Source: Trypanosoma brucei
Lineage: Eukaryota
Direction: 5' to 3'
NCBI GenBank assembly: GCA_000002445.1
Contig: CH464491.1
Coordinates: 4,128,001 to 4,192,000 of the forward strand
Length of the DNA: 64,000 nt
This document shows positions 9,411-19,428 of this stretch, one piece after another (positions within the stretch are counted from its first letter, which is position 1; the number at the start of each line of letters is the position of its first letter). Below the pieces are notes generated by a model. That model ran no database searches, was not told where the DNA came from, and saw only the letters and a program-made list of their open reading frames with translations. The position numbers were made by a program, and so were the translations under genes.

Positions 9411-11675
9411 TCAGTTATTGTCATCAAGTATATCCTTCGCAAGCCGCCACCCCCACGGGTTCTCTGCACACGGGTATGGTGGGGCGAGGAGGAGACCCTG
9501 CCGCTTCCGTTCCGCATCCTCCGCAACGTGACGAAGTGCCTGTTGTACCGCAGACACTCCCGTACCCCAAAATAGCAGTGGTTTGTTAGGTACACTCCAT
9601 GCTTGACCTAGAAGTTCCGGTTGAAACGTGCGTCGCCGGCGCTCGAACGGGTTAGCAGCTTTCCGCTCATCATCTTCCCGCAATTCACGCCATGCTTGCA
9701 CATCTGCCGCAGACACGTACGACATGTTTTCTGGTATTGGTAACAGCGGTGGTCGTTCCGCCTCTTCCATGTTTTGGAGCCACTCCATTTCCGTTTTCAC
9801 ATCGTTCTCAATTATACCCAGGATACGCATTGTCATCTTTTCCTTGCGTTGTTGGTGAAGGGCACGTAACTCCTCCGCAATACTTTGTTCGCCACCTTTG
9901 AGGCTCCTTATGATTCGATTAAGCATACGTGCTTTCGTTGCCGCCGCGCTCTGCACGTGGCGGTCCCGGATAACCCTAAGAGTTATTTCACGGATCTTTT
10001 CAAAGAGGGATGATGCCTCCGCATCGTCGTACACGTTAAACATTCCTGGTCCAACCTCACAATGATCTCCCTCGGTTTTGGCGGACTGGATGGCTGATCC
10101 CTCCCCCTCAGGAGGTGACGTCATGTTGCATTGGGCTGTTTTCTTTTCCATTATCTTTTCGTACAACTCCCGACATTGTGCTGCTTCCGGCATATTTTCC
10201 ACGCCGTCGAATAGCTTGGCATTTTCCCTGACGCACCTAATCTGCCGCTCCATCTGCATATGTGCAAGATACCGGAGGCGCTTTTCGTGCAACGATTCCA
10301 GACGTTTATCTTTGGGATCCATAAACATCTTCTCAACTAGGTTGACCACCTTTTGCGTTTTTATGCGGGCGACCTCGGCTTCGGCTTCGCAAGCAAATGC
10401 ATGACCTGTACCCGCAGTTTCTTTAATGTGCTTTACCGTCGATTCATCCCGTTGTTGGATTTGGAGTAGCTTTTGGTACTCTGGCGTGCTTTGCAGTGGG
10501 AGGAGCAATGCCCTTTCGTACCAGCGCTTGGCCCAATCCACGGGGTGTGCTCCCTCTTTAGATGAATAGTACTGGACAACGTCTAATGTGCTTAGCGTGG
10601 CGGCATCCATAGAGTATAGTTTGCGCAGACTTTCAATATACGCACTAAGATTCTCATCCTTTCCCGTGTGTTTGAAGCCACTGCCGAGTGTCAGCCGTGC
10701 AAAAACTTCGCAAAACTGTAGGAACTCCTCCTGGGCTTGCATCTCCGTCAGAACAGTTTCAGCGACGGCGATATCGAGGCCCACAGCGCGGTTAATAACG
10801 CGCTTAAGTCTCTCCATGCGCGACATCTTTCTGCTCCCACCCTTACGCCCCTTCACACCGCCCCTTTGCTGCGCCATCCTTCGAAGTCTTTCGATTTCTG
10901 CCAACTGATGATGCCGTTCCTCCAGTTTAACTTGCCGTAACCGCATCTCGGCATACTTGAACATATTGGCAAGGTGCTTCTGCGTTTCCAAATTGAGTTC
11001 CGCGGTGAGATTCGCCAGCATCCGTCTCTCAGCCTCCGTGCTGACACCTTCACGCTTTTTGTGAACGTAATCTGCAAACACTTGTTTCACGTGTGTCATC
11101 GCATTTTCCAGCCGGTGAACGTTTTCGGGATCGAAAAGGGAGGCATCAGCAGCATCGTATACGGCTTGCGACACACCGAGGGAGTACTGTGGATTCTTGA
11201 GGTGCACCGGCAAACCCAGTTTGACACGCTCGTACTCGTCTCGCACCGTTTTCCGTGGATCTAACTCAAAAACGTCAGCCATTGTGGTTTCGAAATACCT
11301 TCGGCGCTGCTGCTCTGTTGTTTCTGTGGGATGCTCCTGAAGCACTTTGTGCATGTACTTCGCAAAGGCATGCTTTTCGTCAACTGGCACACCTTCCCAT
11401 TCGGCGTCCGTCATGTGCTTTGCGCGCTCCGCCACCTCGCAACCAACACGACGCGTTGCCTCCTTTGAACGCTCCCCCTTGCTCCGTGGTGCTCTCGCTG
11501 AAGGTGAGCCGCCAAGCTCGGCATACAGCGCCTGTCGCTCGAAGTTTTCGCCCTGAGCCTTCTGAGCGGCCACCATTCGACGAACTTTCGCACGTTGACT
11601 ACGGGGATTTAGCAGCGAACTTCCAGGGGCTGGAACAAAGGCAGAGCGTCGGAAAAAAGGTATTGTGTGCCGCAT
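9411..11675 (-). CDS. Hypothetical charged, probably coiled-coil, protein of 754 aa.
   Basis: ATG at 11673-11675. Long ORF with coding-like GC3 and a K/E/R-rich helical composition. No family motif recognised. Its 3' terminal 210 bp fall inside duplication copy 1. Confidence 0.6.
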   Translation of the reverse strand: MRHTIPFFRRSAFVPAPGSSLLNPRSQRAKVRRMVAAQKAQGENFERQALYAELGGSPSARAPRSKGERSKEATRRVGCEVAERAKHMTDAEWEGVPVDEKHAFAKYMHKVLQEHPTETTEQQRRRYFETTMADVFELDPRKTVRDEYERVKLGLPVHLKNPQYSLGVSQAVYDAADASLFDPENVHRLENAMTHVKQVFADYVHKKREGVSTEAERRMLANLTAELNLETQKHLANMFKYAEMRLRQVKLEERHHQLAEIERLRRMAQQRGGVKGRKGGSRKMSRMERLKRVINRAVGLDIAVAETVLTEMQAQEEFLQFCEVFARLTLGSGFKHTGKDENLSAYIESLRKLYSMDAATLSTLDVVQYYSSKEGAHPVDWAKRWYERALLLPLQSTPEYQKLLQIQQRDESTVKHIKETAGTGHAFACEAEAEVARIKTQKVVNLVEKMFMDPKDKRLESLHEKRLRYLAHMQMERQIRCVRENAKLFDGVENMPEAAQCRELYEKIMEKKTAQCNMTSPPEGEGSAIQSAKTEGDHCEVGPGMFNVYDDAEASSLFEKIREITLRVIRDRHVQSAAATKARMLNRIIRSLKGGEQSIAEELRALHQQRKEKMTMRILGIIENDVKTEMEWLQNMEEAERPPLLPIPENMSYVSAADVQAWRELREDDERKAANPFERRRRTFQPELLGQAWSVPNKPLLFWGTGVSAVQQALRHVAEDAERKRQGLLLAPPYPCAENPWGWRLAKDILDDNN

Positions 11676-13230
11676 ATTAGTAGAATTCTAAAAAAAAAAA
11701 CGTACGCCTTTCGAATCGTTAAATATTGGGCTCCTCCACGTAGGGGTGAGCCTGAGAAAACAAGCAGATGGGTCCGATAAATACTCTTACAATAGAGCTG
11801 TTACAAAGGTTTTATGTATTTTTCTCCCTTGAATGATCTTCTTCCCACCATTAAGTGATAAAAGAAAAGAAAGCAGGGGAGATGAGAGTCATAGTGAAGT
11901 TAAAGAAGTGCCATAAACCCCTATTAAAGGACGTCACTAAAAGGAACTGAATAGCAGGTACATCCTGATGCAAACAGGAAACACATCGCACTTGTTTACG
12001 ATGTGGAAGCACAAAATAATGGGGGTGAAAATGTACGGGAAACCACATCTATACACAAAGAATTTGTTCCAGGCACCTGTACGAAATATTTTCATAAACC
12101 CTGCGGCATTCCCAAAATGAAAGTAGTGCCTTAAGCCGAAAGCGGCATCCAAGGCGGCAAACCAAAACTGAAAAGGGGAAAAACAGCGCCTCAACGAAGC
12201 AACCATCTATCCCCATGGGAACAAGCCAACAAACTTTATCCAGGTGGTTCGGGGAGTTCTGTAGCTTCGCTACAAAACACAACGTCTGCCGGTGGCACCA
12301 GGCGCCCCACAATAACTTCCAGTGCCTTTTCAAGCGCAAGCAGGCCCTCGCCCTGCCCAGAAGTTGAACACCAACCTGCCACGTCCGGTAAAATGTAAGG
12401 TATAGGAGCATCATCCGAATGTTCAAAATCATTAAAGGAGGCATCACCGAGACATACAAATAGCGGGTTATCATCCTTCCTAACAACTTTATCGTCCCCC
12501 TGCAAGGGACAATTTACAGAGCCGTTGATATGCAGTGGCGTGGAGCAAAACATATCAACAGCAAATCGCCGCTAAAACTAAAACAAAATAGAACAAAAGC
12601 GCAAGAAGACGATAGGACACATATGCCAATACGTAAAATCAGTCACTCAATAAAAGAAACAGCCTAAAATATTAACCGGTATCACCGACGGCAGTAGTAA
12701 TAATTACACAACACGTATATATATATGAAGTACAAAGGGTATCAAGAGAAGCACAGCAACAGCTACATGAAAGCGGACACACACAGCATAACCACTTCAC
12801 TCTCTTCGGTCAGCAAACCAACAAAAACCATAACATGGGTAAGTCTTGGATTAGAAACCGAATTAATCCGGATACGAAAAAGGGGGTCCAAAAAGATAGA
12901 AGAGTGTGGCGATGTAGAGAAAAAGACAAAGTGAGTTGTGTGACTCACATGACAATAGGGAAAGCGGAAAACAGATCCGTATCCCCTCACCCAACTAATA
13001 CAGCAGCTTCCCACTACTCAAATTAATGAAGGCGCTGACGCAATAAGGATGTGGATCTGAATTATACCTCAGTGGGTGGATGCAGCAACAAGTTGCTATG
13101 ATGTCATGGCAAGAAAGTGCCTAACTACGGGGAGGTACACAAACAAAGTAAACACGGCAGCGCACATGGAGGCATTCCAAACAGTAATCCAAAACACAAC
13201 ATATATAGATCTTGTGGGAGGGGAATGTGC

Positions 13231-13258
13231 TATATATATATATATATATATATATATA
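13231..13258. repeat. (TA)14 microsatellite, the copy-2 counterpart of 6676-6699.
   Basis: Direct read: gctatatatatatatatatatatatatatatacg. Confidence 0.9.
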
Positions 13259-14376
13259 CGTAACCACTAATATCAAATCGAGAAGAATTAGGAAAGAGGG
13301 AAACGTGAGCAACAAATAAACCATCTGTCAGAAAACGTAACGCATCAGTGTACACAAACACACACAACTCTGGGGTAGTAATGTGCCACACTCCAGAAAA
13401 CAAGAATCAAACTGAAGCATTTGATCATCAGTTTCACCACACACGAAGGTAAGGGGATATATGAAACCAGATTCGCAGGGCTCCTCACAAGTACCACACT
13501 TCATCGCGCTGCCCAGTCAGACCACCAAACACCACGTGCGATGTGTGCAGACAAAAGGGAAGTTTGTGTTGGATGCAGGAAAAGGTATAGTGGCAAAGGG
13601 ATTTAAAGGACAAAAAGAAGGGATAAAATAGAAAACACTATACAACACGTAATGCAACGTCTCAACCATAGGGATTAAACACCTAAAGGCTTACCCACCC
13701 ACAACCCCAACCGCAGAAAATCCAATAATAATGGTGAGGAGGAGGGAAACAGCCTCTCTAAACAGCGTACCATAGAGACATTTGCGAAAAGGAAATATTA
13801 TTAAGCAAAAAAGCGTAAAAAGGGAGGCGAGGCAAGGAATCACAAAATACTAACTTAATTACTACAGGCAGATAAATAAGGGTAAAAAAAAACAACTATT
13901 GCCGCTACTCAGTATCATAGTCAACAAAAGTTTTTTCGTTGTGCCTCTATAACGCGATAACTAATATTTTTAAAAAACCATAAATTAATTCGTAGAGATT
14001 TCCTCAAACTCTTACATTGCGATAAAGAGATTATCCTTTTTTTTTTTACAGATATTCATCATTGACGTTAAAAAAGTTGTAGATATGGCTATGCAGCGTC
14101 CGCGGGGGAGAGCGGCATCCAACAAACCATATAATGCAGTTTTCTTACTTCATCCACTAATATTACCAAGTTGCATCATTGATTCATAGGCCTCCCATCA
14201 TCAGTGGCATTATGTGAGACATGCATTTTCAACCCCATATCGCTGTCGCAAATGCCTAAATTCACACAAGAAAGGGGATGAACGAGAAGAATAAAAAAAA
14301 CAAGAGGGAAAACAAAGAAGGAAAAGAAAAGAAAAGAGGGTATACTTCAATTAGGTCACGGGTTCTGACACATCCG

Positions 14377-15765
14377 CTACTTCTTAACCTCGTCGTAAAT
14401 GGTTAATGCCGTACCAAACACAACAGCGAATACGCCGACAATGAGCAACTGGTATGTGACAGCGTAGTTGAACCACCCAACCTCTTTCAGAGAGAAGTTC
14501 CCCGCATACATGTAATACAGTGCTGGTAGAATAAAAGCAAGGAAGCCACCACAGAAACTTCCAAGAAAGTTGAAGACAACTTCAATACTGGGTAGCACAA
14601 GTCCCAGTACGAGAGCGAGGGTAGCCAAGACACCACTCACTACGAGGTTCTTCCAGCTGTCAACATCAGACGTCTTCCCCCATCCCAATACATAATAAAT
14701 CGCATCACGAGATGGCTGGATGCAAATAGCGAACCCCCCACAAATCTTGATAGCGATGCCAACATACCCGATGGCCATCATCACATCATCTTGTGGTTTG
14801 TACAATTTGAGTACGGAGCCTTCTAGATCATTCCCGAAATCAAGATAACCGAAGATACCAGACAAGAAATACAGGAGACCAACCATCGACATCGCCACAC
14901 TACTGTCGCGCGTCATTCGCCGTGGGGTGGGTCCCTTCATCTCTTCATACACCTCAAAACAATTCACCTGACATATGAAGGCAAATACAAACAGTGTGAA
15001 GCCATTCAGAATCCCCCATCCATCACCGACGAGTCGAATGTCCGATCCTATCCCGTCTTTCAAGCCATTCATCGCAGCGTGTACAATCATGCATATCACA
15101 AAGAAAACAATGAAGAAAACACCCACAGCAGAAGCATATCGAAGTGAGTTAATCTCCTTGGGAAGCGAGAGTGGTAACATGGCAACCAACCAAACTACAC
15201 CAACAATAACGTTCTTTCCCATCGATGTCCTCAGGAATCCAGTTGTTGAAGGCTGATTCAAAAGTGGAGAGAGTAAGTCACCCACTGATATCACGTACCC
15301 AACGCAGGTTCCAAAGCAGAAAACAAACATCAAGAAAGCCGTAAAGTAGTCTGCACCGCGGCCAAGCAACCCACACGCCATCTCCTCATACGAACGGAAT
15401 CCAGTTTTGTCCCTAGTGATCACGAGTATGCGGATAGAGTACACTGTGGTGAAGCAGATGTACACCAACATTAACGTGGCAATTATTATGCCAGAGTTGA
15501 GGAAACCAGAAGGCAGCATCACAATTCCAGCACCAAGGGTAGCACTCTCCAGGTTAAACACATTTGACGCCATTCCACCAGACGGAACAACTCCCTTGAT
15601 GGGGTCAAATACCGTGTTCAGGCAGCCCCTGTGCTCCCCGTCAGCAGCTGCTGTAGATTTATCGCTGTCTGGAGGTAATTCCAACACATTACCCTGAGAC
15701 AAGCTTGGTATTAAGGTTGGGTGTTCGTCCTCGTTTATTATTGGCTCTGTTGCCCTGGGTGACAT
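14377..15765 (-). CDS. Amino acid transporter (AAT family), copy 2, 462 aa.
   Basis: ATG at 15763-15765. It differs from copy 1 at only three residues in the translation: KGIVPYGG vs KGVVPSGG (two substitutions) and KICVGFAICIQ vs KICGGFAICIQ (one). Confidence 0.85.
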   Translation of the reverse strand: MSPRATEPIINEDEHPTLIPSLSQGNVLELPPDSDKSTAAADGEHRGCLNTVFDPIKGVVPSGGMASNVFNLESATLGAGIVMLPSGFLNSGIIIATLMLVYICFTTVYSIRILVITRDKTGFRSYEEMACGLLGRGADYFTAFLMFVFCFGTCVGYVISVGDLLSPLLNQPSTTGFLRTSMGKNVIVGVVWLVAMLPLSLPKEINSLRYASAVGVFFIVFFVICMIVHAAMNGLKDGIGSDIRLVGDGWGILNGFTLFVFAFICQVNCFEVYEEMKGPTPRRMTRDSSVAMSMVGLLYFLSGIFGYLDFGNDLEGSVLKLYKPQDDVMMAIGYVGIAIKICGGFAICIQPSRDAIYYVLGWGKTSDVDSWKNLVVSGVLATLALVLGLVLPSIEVVFNFLGSFCGGFLAFILPALYYMYAGNFSLKEVGWFNYAVTYQLLIVGVFAVVFGTALTIYDEVKK

Positions 15766-15847
15766 CTGCAGTTAACGTGAGTACTTAACTTTACAATATG
15801 CGCAGTAAGTGAGGAAAAGTAAGAAAATAAGAAAAAAAGAAAAGGAG
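15766..15847 (-). promoter_or_regulatory. Putative trans-splicing signal for AAT copy 2, identical to the copy-1 element.
   Basis: Identical sequence to 9169-9250 within the duplicated unit. Confidence 0.35.
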
Positions 15848-16007
15848 TCAAACGCCCTGGCGTAACACAACAGTATATGACACAAACAATCAGGGAGGCG
15901 TAACCACAACATAAACACACAACACACAGATGCGAAAATGAGAGTAAGGACATAGAACTCAAACAGGAGCATTATCCACGCATCTTCACGCAACGCTTCC
16001 CACAACC

Positions 16008-16217
16008 TCAGTTATTGTCATCAAGTATATCCTTCGCAAGCCGCCACCCCCACGGGTTCTCTGCACACGGGTATGGTGGGGCGAGGAGGAGACCCTGCCG
16101 CTTCCGTTCCGCATCCTCCGCAACGTGACGAAGTGCCTGTTGTACCGCAGACACTCCCGTACCCCAAAATAGCAGTGGTTTGTTAGGTACACTCCATGCT
16201 TGACCTAGAAGTTCCGG
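16008..16217 (-). pseudogene. Truncated 3' fragment (last ~70 codons) of the 754-aa gene, left at the duplication junction.
   Basis: The 71-aa ORF 16008..16223 (..PELLGQAWSVPNKPLLFWGTGVSAVQQALRHVAEDAERKRQGLLLAPPYPCAENPWGWRLAKDILDDNN) is identical to the C-terminus of the 9411..11675 product. The upstream 2 kb of the gene is absent. Confidence 0.75.
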
Positions 16218-17054
16218 TTGCAAATTGTAGATAAAGTTTTCGTGGGTAGGGTTGCGCTAACGACTGTTATCCGTATGTTGTTTCAATGAGTATTGTTATC
16301 GCCTTGCAAATGTTCTTTTTCAAGATTTGGAGGAGAAGGAAGCTCTTCGCCTTTTTTCATCGAATCATTCTTTATAACACGAACGTTACGTTGATCCATT
16401 GCGTTTCTGTTCTTTAAATGTTTGAAATCTGAAACTTTTGTCGCATATCAATTGGAACCTATTCTTCTCGTTTGTGTGTGTGTATTTATTAAAAGCTGTC
16501 TCACTTACCTGCTTTTTCGCGTCGTGTTACCTTCCCCCACACTTTAATCACTTTTTCAAACAGCTGACTTTGATTGTTACACTTTTTCCGCAGCGTAACG
16601 CAAGGAAATGCGATAAATCTTTCCCATAACAAAATGTATTTGTTGCACAAAACGACATTTCAGTGAGATGCTACCCCGATCACATTTGTAATGCAGGTAC
16701 ATCGTGTTTTAGTTTCACTCAACCAGGGTTCCACTTGGCAATGGTCACCCGAAACCATTCTGTATATTACATAATCCGCACCGCATGAATACGAAGAGAG
16801 CATTTGTACGTGCCCAAGGGATGTTTAGTGATTTTACTATCCGTGAAAGGGGTAAAAAGGGATTGATTGAGTCCTCTTTGTTCCCTCCACCCCTTTCGGC
16901 AAATGTCAGACTTTTCCTTTCCTTTGCTCCCCCCCCCCAAGGCACACACGTGATTCGTTCAACACATTTATTGGCTAATACACATGCACCGTGCGAGGAT
17001 AGGCGTACGGGTCTAGGGTGAAGAGCACACAAATACACCCAACCATCGGATCCT

Positions 17055-18209
17055 TTACGAAGGGCTCATAAATAACTTTACTACGATAAACATAATGATC
17101 AGTAACTGCATAAAAAAGAAGGACCAAAGTTTGTCAAGGCTGGCCTCCAAGGCTACGATGCGATCACGCTGCTCCAACCATCGTTGTCGTAGTGACTGTA
17201 TGTGTACATCCCGTGCTGCGTGGTGAAGTGCCTTATCCTGGGTTAACGACGGCCTTGCAGTTTTTGTATCAGCAGACGAACCCATGTTGAGGGCGTCGGC
17301 CAAAGAACTGGGATGTGGAGCGCTGTTCATCGTTTGATCGTTCACTCGGGCTGACAATAACGAAGTCATACGCCCGATATTTTGGAGTCCGGCCAAGTGC
17401 CACAAAAGTGAAACTGCGACAACCAAAGCAAGAACAAGCAGCAGACCCTGGAAAAGTGTACTGCTTTGGCCCACTTCCTCACTAGCGGATGGTTCGCTGA
17501 CAGAAGTTTCCTTTGCTGAGTAGGTACCCTCAGATACATCTGACGTCTGCACACATAGAACATCACCGGTCAGATCCTTCGAAATCATTTCCAGCATCTG
17601 CTGATATGCCCGCGTCATCTCCTTTATTGCCCGCGGATTAGCCATATATTGGATGGCAGCAAAGCCCATACTCATTTTCTTGCAACCACCGTACACGGCC
17701 AATGTGATATCTGCATCCTCAGAGGGTGCGGTAATTTCAAGAAGTGCCTCTGTCCGGAAGGTCGTTCCCATTGGTACATTTGGTGTCTGAGAGGATACGT
17801 GATACACGAGTGTTATACCACCACTTGTTGATGACGTGTAGGCAAAACGGTGCGCCTGATTAAGGGTAGTGTCGACGGGCCCTCTGGGTAAGTCCACGGT
17901 GCATTGGAAAGTTAGCGTTCGAAACCCGCTGGCCATGTCCGGCGCGTACTCCCACTTACTCAGCTCCAAGTTCGTCTCTTTTCGACTCCCGTGGTAACGC
18001 TGCAAGAACTCAGCTTTGTCGGAGAAAATAGCATCCCACAACTTGGCTACTGTAACTCCCTTCATCAGTGCCGGTGGGATCATACACTTCTTTTCCTTTA
18101 CCTTGTCGTGTGGTGAAAACATGTTTCTCGATATGCCCATGGTGTACTGCTGCTTATCGAACAAAGCCTGGGCGCTTGCCCCAGAAGCATATCGAATCTC
18201 CCCAGACAT
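17055..18209 (-). CDS. VASt (Aster/GRAMD1-like) domain protein with a C-terminal transmembrane anchor; putative lipid-transfer protein, ~384 aa.
   Basis: The ORF track start at 18218 is a GTG. The first ATG is at 18207-18209 (MSGEIRYASG...). The region KLWDAIFSDKAEFLQRYHGSRKETNLELSKWEY...FRTLTFQCTVDLP...GGITLVYHVSSQTPNVPMGTTFRTEALLEI resembles the VASt fold pattern. One hydrophobic helix lies near the C-terminus (LLLVLALVVAVSLLW). Confidence 0.5.
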   Translation of the reverse strand: MSGEIRYASGASAQALFDKQQYTMGISRNMFSPHDKVKEKKCMIPPALMKGVTVAKLWDAIFSDKAEFLQRYHGSRKETNLELSKWEYAPDMASGFRTLTFQCTVDLPRGPVDTTLNQAHRFAYTSSTSGGITLVYHVSSQTPNVPMGTTFRTEALLEITAPSEDADITLAVYGGCKKMSMGFAAIQYMANPRAIKEMTRAYQQMLEMISKDLTGDVLCVQTSDVSEGTYSAKETSVSEPSASEEVGQSSTLFQGLLLVLALVVAVSLLWHLAGLQNIGRMTSLLSARVNDQTMNSAPHPSSLADALNMGSSADTKTARPSLTQDKALHHAARDVHIQSLRQRWLEQRDRIVALEASLDKLWSFFFMQLLIIMFIVVKLFMSPS

Positions 18210-18665
18210 AGCAATCACACGCCTCCAATATATATGACTGTGCTGATATCAGGCCTACCGTGGTACGGAAAAGTACAACCGCAGAATATGGTGTACTTAA
18301 AACAAGTAACAATCGTTACTAAGAGGGAAAGGTTCTCCAAGATACGGGCTAGGATGTCAAACAAAAAAAATCGTTCAACAGAGACGCCCACCCAACGATA
18401 TTAAAACCTACGGTTAAACACTAGAATTTTTTTTGAAAAAAAAAACACCTTTCCAGTGAACAAATTATAATGGTAGACGGTAAGCGAAAAAGTAGTGATA
18501 CCACAAAAAACACCAACAACAGGCATTCGAAAAGGTAAGGAAGCATAAGCAAGGCAGCGAAGACGCTACCAACAGGGCAACTATGTATTATAAAACGTTT
18601 AGGAGTGCAGCACACCTGCCACCTCGTGCGGTGGGAACCCTACCACTGTCAGCAAGAAGTGCTCC

Positions 18666-19259
18666 AAAAAAAAATCCTAAAGAACAAAAAGTACCAGAGA
18701 GGAGCCAGTGCGAGCTTAGAAGCGAAGGCGCTGGAAGAACCAACGGTTGTTACCGGCGTTGTAGCGGGCCTGAAACAGACGTTTCACCAACTGCTTCGAC
18801 TTCGCCTTCTTCGATGCGTCGGAAACATTGATGCGACCGCGCAGTTCACGCGAGAGGTCCATGTTGTATCGGGTTGGTAGAAAGTGCTTGTGATTCACAA
18901 CGCGGAGGAACACACCAACTTGCGAGCGGCGTGTGATGGAGCGCTTGCTCATCCCGCGCACAACCTTTCTTGGGTATTTTTTAATTCCGGCGAGCAACGA
19001 ATGACCGTACGGGCGCTCCTTGTTCCTCGTATCCGTGTTCTGCACGATCACAGCCTTCTTGCCGGCATACCGGCCCGAAGTCATGATCACAACCTTGCCG
19101 GGCTTCAGAAACTTCATCACTGCCAGCACACTAATCCAGTGGGAAATGACAAGAAATAAAAGGACAGCAGATGGGAGATAGCAAGGGTAATAAAGAGTGA
19201 GTATACAAACAGGTTTCAAAGGCATTGGAACGGTGCCGGTGGAAAGACCATTCGGGAAA
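18666..19259. repeat. RPL27 repeat unit, copy 1 (~590 bp: CDS, ~145 bp upstream and ~47 bp downstream).
   Basis: Near-identical to 22579-23170, with one mismatch near the end. Confidence 0.9.
18716..19117 (-). CDS. RPL27: 60S ribosomal protein L27 (eL27), 133 aa, copy 1.
   Basis: The ORF track prefix is read-through. The ATG at 19115-19117 gives MKFLKPGKVVIMTSGRYAGKKAVIVQNTDTRNKERPYGHSLLAGIKKYPRKVVRGMSKRS..., which is the classic eL27 N-terminus (KOW motif GKVV...GRYAGKKAVIV). Confidence 0.9.
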   Translation of the reverse strand: MKFLKPGKVVIMTSGRYAGKKAVIVQNTDTRNKERPYGHSLLAGIKKYPRKVVRGMSKRSITRRSQVGVFLRVVNHKHFLPTRYNMDLSRELRGRINVSDASKKAKSKQLVKRLFQARYNAGNNRWFFQRLRF

Positions 19260-19428
19260 TTGATTGTACAGCACTTTTCAGTGGTGGAGAACATTTATGT
19301 GTGAAATGTAGAAAGGGTAGTGATGGAATTGAGGGTAAAGAACGGTAACATGAAGGGGCAACGGGGGTTCAGTCACCATGTGCCTCACTCTTCAACTTTG
19401 ATGAGTTTTGTGCCCACTCCAGCCTCCA

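Larger units (their letters stand above)
6118..9620. repeat. Tandem duplication, copy 1 (~3.5 kb). It contains AAT gene copy 1, its 3' spacer, and the last 210 bp of the 754-aa gene.
   Basis: Near-identical to 12673-16217 (offset 6555-6597 bp). The identical small ORFs in the track (6170..6379 vs 12725..12934, 7780..9168 vs 14377..15765, 9141..9365 vs 15738..15962 and others) are consequences of this duplication. Confidence 0.9.
12673..16217. repeat. Tandem duplication, copy 2 (~3.5 kb). It contains AAT gene copy 2 and a truncated 3' fragment of the 754-aa gene.
   Basis: See copy 1. Homology ends at about 16217, where copy 1 continues into the 754-aa gene body (ccggttgaaacgtgcg) but copy 2 continues into unrelated sequence (ccggttgcaaattgtag). 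Confidence 0.9.

Noticed and set aside
16218-17054. Possible additional gene between the duplication junction and the VASt gene (ORFs 16745..17038 and 16785..17021)
   Set aside because: Short overlapping ORFs on opposite strands in T-rich low-complexity sequence with a C10 run. They look like UTR or spacer rather than coding.
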